DNA from: Candidatus Latescibacterota bacterium
GTDB lineage: Bacteria; Latescibacterota; UBA2968; UBA8231
DNA: 64,000 nucleotides
NCBI GenBank assembly: GCA_965203175.1
Contig: OZ241867.1
Location: 4,672,001-4,736,000 of the forward strand
Reading direction: 5' to 3'
The notes under the pieces are model-generated. The model was not told the origin of the DNA. It did not search any database and worked only from the letters and a program-made list of their open reading frames with translations. Positions 28,701 through 37,068 of this stretch are shown one piece after another (the first letter of the stretch is position 1; each line of letters starts with the position of its first letter). A program made the translations under genes and the position numbers.

Positions 28701-29356
28701 TCTAGGGAACCGGCGAAGATGGCTGGCACGGCGCGGCCCCACACCGGATGATCGGTCAGATAGTAATACCAAGCGTAGTTTTCCACCTGACCACCCCGAA
28801 AAGGCGTGGAGACCCAAGCGCCTTCCCAAGTCTTGAGATCGTCCTGCACCATCTTTTCCAGTTGTGCTTCCTCGGGAAACGGGGGCAGAGGATGCTGGAA
28901 CTGAGCGGCGTGCACTCGCTGCAATTCCCCGTCACTAGCACGGACCAAGTCCTCGAACACCGCAAAGGCCGCTAGCAGCCCTTCCCGGCTACTGGCCCCG
29001 AGGACGATACAGTTTTTGCCATAGCCGAAGGGATCTGAAATCGACTTGACAAAATAGCCGTTCCCGCCGGGAAAAAAGGTGTCGACAAAACAGCAGCGGG
29101 CCGTGTAGAGCCGCCGTAGCGCGGCATTGTTCGTCATATTGCCGCAGGCGATCACCTGCGCACTGCCAAAGAGCGCGTCGGTGAAATCCCGCTGCGCGAC
29201 AATATCGGGTGCTCGCCCTCCCACGGCGGCGATAACACCCTGTAATTGCACAACGAGCGAGGTTGCTTGGAGACCATCCGGCACCACCAGGACCGTATCC
29301 GCAGCAAGGTCAGTGCGGGGAAAGTGTCGGGAATGCACAAAGGCGAATTCTGTCAT
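25763..29356 (-). CDS. Large protein: heparinase II/III-like lyase region plus PQQ/FG-GAP beta-propeller
   Basis: QNHTTY, HGHEDSNTI...WLGDGDY...FHNSI, VDWRRNIFW; C-terminal DIDADG/DVDGDG repeats; no evident signal peptide. Confidence 0.6.
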   Translation of the reverse strand: MTEFAFVHSRHFPRTDLAADTVLVVPDGLQATSLVVQLQGVIAAVGGRAPDIVAQRDFTDALFGSAQVIACGNMTNNAALRRLYTARCCFVDTFFPGGNGYFVKSISDPFGYGKNCIVLGASSREGLLAAFAVFEDLVRASDGELQRVHAAQFQHPLPPFPEEAQLEKMVQDDLKTWEGAWVSTPFRGGQVENYAWYYYLTDHPVWGRAVPAIFAGSLEPWLAQRRDYPETYHCFFHFHSLIHLWELIEDSPLYTEADRRGVAIMMGEMIRHLAGLFYMEERVNPPDQIRQNHTTYIAMDLAAGHNYLSKRYGIREFDSTEKVVERIFAGQSDCYRSNDDGGVGYAWLVPQETLSYGLLKNDYGYIENGHIADLCTLAVVTTDNMRSESNHGDTSGYAAFSPSQGWEGRLWAPMVSTWYARNPEHLWILNWLGARKRPTLAHVLRGLYAGVEWGENGLALADCVPEEPVGLLGIYAMRLPDKALRWVRAYAPADSQPDPQKDYFDKLSLRRDFDPMSEYLLLEGSGTFCHGHEDSNTIVRLTWNDRAWLGDGDYIRAAPKFHNSIAVIRDGVGVLQPPGDGLLMPLLASLNYSSESAALGLVQTEAAGYNGVDWRRNIFWGKGRYFAVIDQLQCTEAGDYRCYCLWRLVGEAELTGSRVCLHQEGEHFYIDNADGAAQEIVADLHVKSRWSNYPHAGDILHVLHQQAARTMQPGENLVYINLLTPHPDIGISRLNERTVEIRDGGETTILGVGHTCLGVLAIEAEMFGISLKGDSLTLQGIERLGFAEGEDWDWQVLDGSHATFQVGQSEMAQRICDALDAVASEPPPAVVEPSRLRPEGGLAVKWSRDLGSTEISAVAVHDEILLAGTEEGEVVQLGLGDGAAMWSHQLGTDRVASALLLADIDADGEVEALVGTDDGQLAALEGHSGEQRWGRTLKNSGWGAKVSGLAVADLEGQGRTSVLASTVGWYINAFAADGTLEWAEWVRYHAITALAAADVDGDGQAEVIAGTEYSTPLNVHNSDGSFRWTTFEEVGSEGNATTPRRGIGLTHLQLVDVDGDGVREIVYGTQDGWIYAVKPQDGAEVWHVNIVGEVVGLIAFSWGLVAASEFGELYAFSYRGELRWHVQVGEWIRAIAPVGEYIVAAVEKGVLLACDADGRCVGSMAMEAEIRGLWPCRSGVVCSLAGGRLSSVGLGVY

Positions 29357-29357
29357 A

Positions 29358-30614
29358 TCAGCCAATAAATCCTTGCAGTACCTGCCACTCCTCTTCGCTC
29401 ATGTCCGAGTAGTGCCAGTAGATGAGGCTTTGCAGGCCGCTGGCGACAATGGCCTGCAAGAGCAATTCGAGTTCGTTGGACGAGATCCGCACCCCGCCGT
29501 GGTGCAGGCCAACCCAAGGTTTGAGGCGCTCCACCGGACCAGTGCGGAAGATCATCTTGGCGATTTCCCCGGGTACGGTCTCGCGAAAAAAGGCTTCATT
29601 GAGCGGCGCCGACAACTCGTCTAAGGTGCGCACGCCGGGCATGGTGAAACCGAACAGTTTAAAGACAAAATCCAGCGCCAACCCCTCGTCCACGCCCTCG
29701 TTCAATTCTACCAGCGTTTTGGCGTAGCGGTACACCGTCCCCTTCAGCCCGTCAATGCCGTGCTGCCAAAAGTAGAGCTTGGGGGCGATAAAATCGGTCA
29801 CTTCACCTAAGCGTCGATAATTGTATCCAGTCAGCGGCGCAAAGGCCGAGATCCGGGGTCCGCAGGCCAGCTTCAATTTCGGATCAATCTCTTTGACGCC
29901 GCGGTAAAATGCACCCACGTAGTGCTCGATACACGTGGTCTTAAAGCGAATCCAGTCGAAGAGCGCGGGATCCTGCAAGAGCAAATCCACCGCGTCAAAA
30001 GGCCCGGTCTGCGCCTCGATAAAACCGCGCATCACAGCCGGACTCAATGCGCTCAGACGAGCCCGCAAGCGCTCGGCCGCTTCCTGCATGGCGGCGAAAT
30101 CGCAACCCAACTCCCGCGCCTTGTTCTCGCAGTGCTGACAGAAACACGTGAATACGTCGCTGCGGTGTCCCGGCTCAATTTCGTAGCCGTATTCGGGGCC
30201 GTCGAGCACAAAACCACCGGTGTCGGGATATTGGGCGAAGGTGTCCCGGGTGCGCGCCAAGCCGTAGCGCACCTGCTCGGGATTGTTCAAACACGAGCCC
30301 GACTCGAACCAGCCGAACTGTCCCCAATCGTGGAAGTAGATAGCAAACCCCTTGTCGGCCGCGGCTTTCACCGCATCGCCGAAAATGCGACTCGACGCTT
30401 CTAGGTCGGTGGGCAGTTGAGGCGGTTGTTTTTCGCAGTCTTGGTAAAAATCCTCATTGGGGGCAAAGGAAGGGCCTTGGGTCTCGCCTTGCCGCAAGAT
30501 CAAATCGCCCAGCACCAATTCCCTGATGCCCCCGTCCCACAGGCGCTCGATAATGTAGTCCGCGCCGTCGTTTTCAAATGCCTGAATCTGTCCCATGAAC
30601 ATCACAGGTCGCAT
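29358..30614 (-). CDS. Hypothetical protein, possible TIM-barrel glycoside hydrolase-like
   Basis: CLNNP, FVLDGPEY, CFCQHC, DFIAPKLY. Confidence 0.5.
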   Translation of the reverse strand: MRPVMFMGQIQAFENDGADYIIERLWDGGIRELVLGDLILRQGETQGPSFAPNEDFYQDCEKQPPQLPTDLEASSRIFGDAVKAAADKGFAIYFHDWGQFGWFESGSCLNNPEQVRYGLARTRDTFAQYPDTGGFVLDGPEYGYEIEPGHRSDVFTCFCQHCENKARELGCDFAAMQEAAERLRARLSALSPAVMRGFIEAQTGPFDAVDLLLQDPALFDWIRFKTTCIEHYVGAFYRGVKEIDPKLKLACGPRISAFAPLTGYNYRRLGEVTDFIAPKLYFWQHGIDGLKGTVYRYAKTLVELNEGVDEGLALDFVFKLFGFTMPGVRTLDELSAPLNEAFFRETVPGEIAKMIFRTGPVERLKPWVGLHHGGVRISSNELELLLQAIVASGLQSLIYWHYSDMSEEEWQVLQGFIG

Positions 30615-30655
30615 GAGCTATCCTCCTTTGTCGCGGTCGAATTGATCTAGTCCGT

Positions 30656-33600
30656 TTACTTTCCCTCTAAGGCGAGATATTTGTCGAGATCGCGTCGCGC
30701 CCTGTCGAGAAATGGATGGTCTCCGGCTTGGTAGCATTTGACGCGTGCTTCGAGCAAATCGCGTTTCCAAGGCACGTGCGGTTCCAACTCGTCGAGCACC
30801 TCTATGCAGTTCTGCGGAAAATTGAGCTCATAGCCCAGATTCAACAATGCGTTAAGCCGTGTCTCCCTAGCGTAATCCATGACAAACGGAGAACGCAACG
30901 CCGCGTACAACCGCTCGGCATGAGCCGCATCCCGACCGCCGAGGTCCACCGCTAGCGCCAAGCCGCGCTGCATGAGTGCGGGCCAAGCCCAGGGATCGCG
31001 GCCGTACCCCTCAAAAGCGGACTCTAGGGCGGCGACTGCTTCTGGTATCCGTCCCTGACGCGCGTGCAAAATGGCCAAGATCACATCCGCTTCAACGGGC
31101 TGTAGGTCGCGCAACTGCTCTATGTACTGAGCGGCTTCCTCGCGCTGGTTGACCGCCATCATATAGGCCACAGCCGACACTTCGTGTAGCCCTCGCGGCT
31201 GTCGCGGCTGACTTTGCCACCACGCCAGCCCATTGCGCGACCGCGCGTCCCACCAAGCCGATAAGGCTCGCAGGCGATATCGCTGGTGCGGCGTCACCGG
31301 GTACCGGTCCGGGCGAACTTGTTCCCCTTGGCCAATCAAAAAGGCGAGGCGCTGGTCCATAATCCATTCCCAATCCACGTCCCCACCCGTCACGCGGGGC
31401 CGATCTTCTCCTCGGTCACGCGCCAATTTTTCTACCGTCTCGATATTGAAATGCCTCCCGAGCCCCAGATGGCGGGCAAAGGCGTACTCCACCAAGGTGC
31501 GATCGTCCGTATTCAACGCTTGCTCGCGCGCCAAATCGCGCGCCACTGCGGGGCCGGCTACGTAATGGGCGAGAAAGCCCTCGAGGTCCGCAGTGCGCCA
31601 GACTGCGGCCAGTGCACTGCGGTAGGGTTCCTCGGCGATCCGGGCGCGCAGCCTCGGAACATCGTACGACACCGGTCCGGCAGACGACAGCAGCAGCAAA
31701 TCACCGCGCTGAGTCTGCCAAGTTTCCACGTGCGCGAAAACCGAACTCAGGGTAGCGTAGATGGTGCGGATGGTCTGCTCGTCCACCTCGTACATTTGCA
31801 CCCACTGCGCGAACAAGCCGCCGTCCCGCAGCAGCGGCGCTACCCCTTCGTAAAATTCGCGCGTGTACAGGCTGGCGACCCCCGCCCGGTAGGGATTCGA
31901 AGGCTCGGAGAAGATGAGGTCGTAGGATTGTCGGGTGGTCAAGACGACCTCTCGCCCATCGCCGACCACCGTATGCACCTTGGGGTGGCCGACGGCGTTC
32001 ACATTGACCGGCTCAAAGGCGCTGGCCGCCTCGACCACAGCCGCCTCCAACTCCACTACGTCGACGCGCTCCATTGCGTCGATGGCAGCCAACCAACCGG
32101 CCGTAGATCCGGTCCCAAGTCCAATGACTAGGGCATTGCGCGGCTGTGGATGCAGAATGGCTCCGATCATCCCGCTCATGATCTGGGTAGAGGCGTCCCC
32201 CACTGCAGACCCTTCGCTCTTGCCGTTCAAAAAGAGCACAGGGCCCCGGTCGGACACGCGGATGGCCACCGAGCTTTCAATACCTTCCCGCTCCCAGCGC
32301 ACGGCGCGCCGCTGCCCTTGCATCCACCCCCGTATCCCGTTGGCATTCAAATTGGCCAGCATTTTCAGCCCCGCCCCAATCGGAGTGTGCCGCCACGCAG
32401 CTGTAGGCCCGGTCGCCAACAATAAGGACGCGGCGACCGCGGCCAAAACGACGGCTAGTCCCGACTGCAGGCCAATCCATTTTGCGCTTTCCCCCTCCCG
32501 TCCGTCTCTCGCCCACGCAAACGCAGCAATACCGCCTCCCAAAACCGCGAGCAGCACTACCACGAGTTGCCACGCGCCCAAGGCGGAAAGCCACGGCAGC
32601 AAGGCGAAGCCTCCGAGCAAAGCGCCCAGAATGGCACCCAGTGTGTTCCAAGCATAGGTCCAGCCCACGTCGAGCCCAAGCTGGCGCGCGCCGGGACCGA
32701 GTAGGGCAATGAGGAGCGGAAATTGATACCCCGCAACAATAGCCGTAGGCAGCACCACAATACTCACCACTACGGACCACGACAGCACCAATCCGCCAAA
32801 ACCCAGCGTCCCCCACTCGCGCAAACCGCCTGCCAGCACAGCTAGCTGATCGCCCAGCGCAAAAGGAATGGCTACACACAGCGCTTCCAGAATGCACGTC
32901 AGCGCCAGCCCAGAGAGCGCAGGAGTCCGCTTGCGCCCCCACAACGCATAGGCGGTTCCCCCCAAGCCAATCCCCAGCAGCGCCACGGCCAAGATGAGAC
33001 CAAAGGTATAGGTGGTGCCCCCGAGCAGCGGAGCCAGCATCCGGTACCAGACCAGTTCCATGAGCAGAAAGGCCATCCCGACCACCGCAGCAGTGGCAAA
33101 AATCAGCAGCCGCACGTAACCAGAGCGCCGCACCTCTCCATCTGCTGCTGGCACAACAGCCACCTCCTTGTCAAAGACGGCTGGGTAAGAGCGCGCAATC
33201 CAGAGGGCACCGCCACCGACAACAGCGTTTAACACAGCGGCAGCCCACAGGGTCGCATCGGCCCCTAGACGTTCCAGCAGCGCGAAAGTAGCCAGCAAAG
33301 CCCCAGTCACAGCGCCGAGCGTGTTGATTCCGTACAGCACGGCGACCCGGCGTCTCCCAGTATCCTCATCGCCCCCGACAGCTCTGGCTGCGGCAGGCAG
33401 CGTACCGCCCATGAGAAAGGTCGGAACGGCCAGCGCACACGCGGTTAGCACGAGCCGCACCAGCGTGGCCACGACCGGCCCCAGCGACAGGACTCCGCCC
33501 AGGGCGACGTAGAACTCGCGCGCCATCCACACTAGCAATGGAGTAAGGGCAGCCGAGGCCGCAATGAACAGTTCAAGGTAGGCGTATAGGGCTAAAGGTC

Positions 33601-33874
33601 GCGGGTTGCGGTCAACGCGCCGCCCGAACCAGAACCCGCCCGCGCCGAGCCCCCCCAAAAAGACAGACAGCACCGCGGCCGAGGCCAACGTAGAAGCACC
33701 AAAGACAAAGCGGAATTCGCGCAACCAGACCATCTGGTAGATCAGGGCGCACATCCCCGACCCAAACAATAAGCCAGCGACTACAATCACGTGTCGCAAC
33801 ATGTGCAACCTATCCCGTCTTGGCCGGTCGCGGACTCGGACCAGTGCGCCCAGTCGGCGCTCCTCGAAAGCCAT
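30656..33874 (-). CDS. Fused membrane domain/spermidine synthase-like SAM-binding protein with TPR-like tail
   Basis: SGMCALIYQMVW, LYGINTLG, LVIGLGTG, DVVELE, GDGR, YDLIFSEPSNP. The start may be nearer 33800 (MLRHVIV). Confidence 0.8.
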   Translation of the reverse strand: MAFEERRLGALVRVRDRPRRDRLHMLRHVIVVAGLLFGSGMCALIYQMVWLREFRFVFGASTLASAAVLSVFLGGLGAGGFWFGRRVDRNPRPLALYAYLELFIAASAALTPLLVWMAREFYVALGGVLSLGPVVATLVRLVLTACALAVPTFLMGGTLPAAARAVGGDEDTGRRRVAVLYGINTLGAVTGALLATFALLERLGADATLWAAAVLNAVVGGGALWIARSYPAVFDKEVAVVPAADGEVRRSGYVRLLIFATAAVVGMAFLLMELVWYRMLAPLLGGTTYTFGLILAVALLGIGLGGTAYALWGRKRTPALSGLALTCILEALCVAIPFALGDQLAVLAGGLREWGTLGFGGLVLSWSVVVSIVVLPTAIVAGYQFPLLIALLGPGARQLGLDVGWTYAWNTLGAILGALLGGFALLPWLSALGAWQLVVVLLAVLGGGIAAFAWARDGREGESAKWIGLQSGLAVVLAAVAASLLLATGPTAAWRHTPIGAGLKMLANLNANGIRGWMQGQRRAVRWEREGIESSVAIRVSDRGPVLFLNGKSEGSAVGDASTQIMSGMIGAILHPQPRNALVIGLGTGSTAGWLAAIDAMERVDVVELEAAVVEAASAFEPVNVNAVGHPKVHTVVGDGREVVLTTRQSYDLIFSEPSNPYRAGVASLYTREFYEGVAPLLRDGGLFAQWVQMYEVDEQTIRTIYATLSSVFAHVETWQTQRGDLLLLSSAGPVSYDVPRLRARIAEEPYRSALAAVWRTADLEGFLAHYVAGPAVARDLAREQALNTDDRTLVEYAFARHLGLGRHFNIETVEKLARDRGEDRPRVTGGDVDWEWIMDQRLAFLIGQGEQVRPDRYPVTPHQRYRLRALSAWWDARSRNGLAWWQSQPRQPRGLHEVSAVAYMMAVNQREEAAQYIEQLRDLQPVEADVILAILHARQGRIPEAVAALESAFEGYGRDPWAWPALMQRGLALAVDLGGRDAAHAERLYAALRSPFVMDYARETRLNALLNLGYELNFPQNCIEVLDELEPHVPWKRDLLEARVKCYQAGDHPFLDRARRDLDKYLALEGK

Positions 33875-33900
33875 GCTGACCGGCTCCGCTCAGAGGATGT

Positions 33901-33929
33901 TTGACAGTCGAACAATGTAAATATATGAT
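33901..33929 (+). promoter_or_regulatory. Near-consensus sigma70 promoter
   Basis: TTGACA-17 bp-TATGAT; SD aggaga before ATG 33970. Confidence 0.75.
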
Positions 33930-33969
33930 TCCGTCCGAGTGTACTCCCTGCCGACACAGGAGACGCGAA

Positions 33970-35793
33970 ATGGCTCCTGACAAAACCCTCACCCTGGCCA
34001 ATAAGGGCATCCCCAAAACCGCTATTGTCCTGCCCGATGGCACCGGAGAAGTACTCCGCGAAGCGGCCATGGATCTGCAGGCCATTCTCGAAAAAATCAT
34101 TGGTACAGCTCCTCCGCTGAAACCGGATGACGGCAAACCCGCACCCCGGGGAAGCACCGCCCTCCACGTGGGAGCCACTGCATGCGCCCAATCCTTGGGT
34201 CTGGACGCCGGAGACGCGGGCGTCGAGGGCTATCGCCTGATCACCTCTGGCAGAGACCTCTTCATTCTGGGCGGCAGCGACAGCGGCACGGGCTACGGCG
34301 TGTACGGGCTCCTCGAGGATCACCTCGGCGTCCGCTTTTTCATGCCCGGCGAACTCTTCGCGGACATCCCCGTGCAAACCACCCTGCGGCTGGCCCCGAT
34401 AAACGAGGAAAAGCGGCCCCATTTCCTCCACCGCGAATTCAGCGGCATCTCCGGTCTGGAAGGAGCGCAATGGGAGCGCCGCAACCGGATCAGCTACCGT
34501 CGGCCGCAATTGCCCTACGCCGGCTTTCACCACGCCCTCTACAGCATCTTTCCGGTCGCTCGCTACGGCAAGAGCCATCCCGAGTACTACGCCCTCATCG
34601 ACGGTCAGCGCCTCATTCCCACCAGCGACGCCGAAAGCAATGCCCGCTTTGGCCAGCCCTGCACCAGCAATCCCGCGGTCGTCGACCTTACCATCCAGGC
34701 CGTGCGCCGCTACTTCGATGCCAATCCCGAGGCCCACTGCTTCTCTTTGGGCATGAACGACAACGCGGATTTTTGCCAGTGCGAAAACTGCCGGGCACTC
34801 GACGTGCCCGGTCTGGTCTTTCGCAACCGTCGGGTCTACTCCGACCGGTGGTTCACCTACATCAACACCGTGGCCCGGGCGCTGCAGGAATCCCACCCGG
34901 GAAAGTTCGTCGGTTGCCTAGCCTACATCAACGTGGAATCGCCTCCCCAGACCATCGATCATCTGGAGCCCAACGTCGCCATCTTCCTCACTCAGGACAC
35001 GGCCCAGCACTTCGACCTCGAATACCGCGACAAGGACCGCGCATTCATTTGCACCTGGAGTCGGCAATGCGACCACGTCTGCAAGTACGATTACTATGGC
35101 CTAGGCTGGGCGCTGCCCCGTTTCTTCCCCCACCTGCTGGCCGACGACATCAAATTCCAGTACCGCACCGGCATCAAGGGCTTCTACGCCGAAGCCTATC
35201 CCCACTGGCCCGGCTTCGGCCCTCACATCTGGCTGGCCTCCAAGCTCTGGTGGGACTCAGACCAGGATGTGGATGCGCTCCTCGACGAATTTTTCCGCCG
35301 GCTCTTCCACAAGGCGGCCGGCGAAGTCCGCGCCTTCTACGACCGCCTCGAAGCCATCTGGCAACACCCTAGGCAGGGTCGCTGGTTCCAAGGGCTGAGC
35401 GGCCTCCACGACCAGGTCTCCTGCTTCACTGCGGAAGACGTCGACGACCTAGAGGCCATCCTCGCTCGCGCCCGCAGGGCCTCGCGGGATCCGCTCGTAC
35501 GCCTGAGAATCGACTACATCTGCCGCTGGTTCGCTTTTCCCGCCACCCTCATCCGGGGCTGGCATACAGCCGACGAAATCCTAACCATGTCCCCCGGACC
35601 AGCAGCTCGTCACAAGGCCGCCGCGCTCGCCAAACTCAAGTCCCGCCTCAAAAGGACCTACCGCCAGGCCATTCTGGAAGATCGCTGGATGCCCAAGACC
35701 GCTTACTTCAACGACGGCAGGTACCAGGCCCGCGTGGCAGATCCCTGGAACGAGAAAATTGATCGGGCCGTGACCCACGCCCATCAGGGCTAG
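33970..35793 (+). CDS. DUF4838-domain protein (glycoside hydrolase-like)
   Basis: EGYRL...GTGYGVYGLLEDHLGVRFF, HPEYYALIDG, QPCTSNP, SLGMND..FCQCENC; start placed at the SD-supported ATG. Confidence 0.75.
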   Translation: MAPDKTLTLANKGIPKTAIVLPDGTGEVLREAAMDLQAILEKIIGTAPPLKPDDGKPAPRGSTALHVGATACAQSLGLDAGDAGVEGYRLITSGRDLFILGGSDSGTGYGVYGLLEDHLGVRFFMPGELFADIPVQTTLRLAPINEEKRPHFLHREFSGISGLEGAQWERRNRISYRRPQLPYAGFHHALYSIFPVARYGKSHPEYYALIDGQRLIPTSDAESNARFGQPCTSNPAVVDLTIQAVRRYFDANPEAHCFSLGMNDNADFCQCENCRALDVPGLVFRNRRVYSDRWFTYINTVARALQESHPGKFVGCLAYINVESPPQTIDHLEPNVAIFLTQDTAQHFDLEYRDKDRAFICTWSRQCDHVCKYDYYGLGWALPRFFPHLLADDIKFQYRTGIKGFYAEAYPHWPGFGPHIWLASKLWWDSDQDVDALLDEFFRRLFHKAAGEVRAFYDRLEAIWQHPRQGRWFQGLSGLHDQVSCFTAEDVDDLEAILARARRASRDPLVRLRIDYICRWFAFPATLIRGWHTADEILTMSPGPAARHKAAALAKLKSRLKRTYRQAILEDRWMPKTAYFNDGRYQARVADPWNEKIDRAVTHAHQG

Positions 35794-35796
35794 CCA

Positions 35797-36948
35797 TCAA
35801 ACCTGTCTGATGTAGATCCGCCGTCGGTGCAGCCCCCGGTCGAGCCGCCACGTCCTGATGCTAGCGTCGTCAACGTGCATGGTAATGTCGTAGAACCCCA
35901 TCCTCGTGGGTTCCCACGCATGCGACCAGAGCGTCCAAGTATCGTTGGTCTCCTGCGCGTAGGGCATGTTGATCGGAACTGGGTCTCGGTCCTGGCCGAA
36001 CCGAATCATCAATTTGTCGGTCGGCCGCTCGCCCCCCCACATCAGACCGACCACCCGATAGACGATCCGCTCGGCGAGACGCCATTTTTCAACGCGGATG
36101 GGCAGAGCCGCTTGGTCAATCAGCGCGGGGTCGAAGTCCCTGGCGAGCTTGGGAGCGCCCTGCTGGTTGATGCGACTGGCAAACTCCAGCATCTGACTCG
36201 TCGCCATTGCACCGTCATCAACCAACGCAATCTCATTGACCCATTTGATGTCCACGCAGCTAAACCACCGGGGCACGACTAGGCGCACGGGGAAACCGTG
36301 ATCGCGCGGCAGCGGTTCGCCATTCATCTCAGTCGCCAAGAAAGCGCCGTATTTCTCAAGCTCCGCAAAGGTGAAAACCCAGCTCGCCCCCGGAATCGAA
36401 GAGTGCGGTTTGGTTGAGTACTCGTCAAAGCCCGAGATCAGGACACGGGTCGCTTCGGCTCTGATATTCAACCTTGCTAGCACCTCAGTCAGGGGAACGC
36501 CCGACCACTGGGCCGCACTCATCAGCCCAAAGGGCCGGCGCTGATTGCCGGCGCACTCCAGCAGCACAGTGCCCATGGGTCTGACCAAGGGCTTTAACTC
36601 GTCCAGACCGATTTCCACTGGCCGCTCGACTAGTCCTCGCACCGCGATCTTCCACGGCTGGGCAAAATCGAGCAGGTCGGAACAGCGCGTGCGCACAAAA
36701 AACTGCTCATTGGGAGTGATCAAGGTGGCGGGCGTGAGCGCGGTCAAATCAGTGTGGAACCGCGCGTCAAGTCCATCCCCTAGTTGCAGGGGTTCTTTGC
36801 CGTCGAGGAAGCTCTGATTCCCCAGCAATTCGCCGCTAGCAAAGGGGTCGGAGTCGCTCTCTGGACGGGCACACGAAAAACCCAAGGCCAGCGCGCCACC
36901 CGCGCCAAGCGCCTGCTGGATAAACGTCCTACGCGTCCATTCCTCCAT
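35797..36948 (-). CDS. Molybdopterin-dependent oxidoreductase (sulfite oxidase family), Tat lipoprotein
   Basis: TRRTFI Tat motif, GFSC lipobox, FFVR, LECAGN, NGEPLPRDHGFPVRLVVP, KWV. Confidence 0.85.
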   Translation of the reverse strand: MEEWTRRTFIQQALGAGGALALGFSCARPESDSDPFASGELLGNQSFLDGKEPLQLGDGLDARFHTDLTALTPATLITPNEQFFVRTRCSDLLDFAQPWKIAVRGLVERPVEIGLDELKPLVRPMGTVLLECAGNQRRPFGLMSAAQWSGVPLTEVLARLNIRAEATRVLISGFDEYSTKPHSSIPGASWVFTFAELEKYGAFLATEMNGEPLPRDHGFPVRLVVPRWFSCVDIKWVNEIALVDDGAMATSQMLEFASRINQQGAPKLARDFDPALIDQAALPIRVEKWRLAERIVYRVVGLMWGGERPTDKLMIRFGQDRDPVPINMPYAQETNDTWTLWSHAWEPTRMGFYDITMHVDDASIRTWRLDRGLHRRRIYIRQV

Positions 36949-37068
36949 CGACTGCCTCCTAAGGTAGCCCGAGTTCTACCTCGTCGCGATTGCAGGCTTC
37001 GCGCAGGGCTAGAAAACCGAACGTTTGATAGTGGGCCACCTGTGCTGTGGTTATCACGCTAGCTCCTT

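Noticed and set aside
33800-33874. N-terminal MAFEERRLG extension as a remnant of another gene
   Set aside because: Too short to assign, and I saw no matching duplicate in the window.
35797-36948. Tat-exported molybdoenzyme without an adjacent cytochrome partner
   Set aside because: Stand-alone sulfite-oxidase-family genes are common; nothing else unusual was seen.
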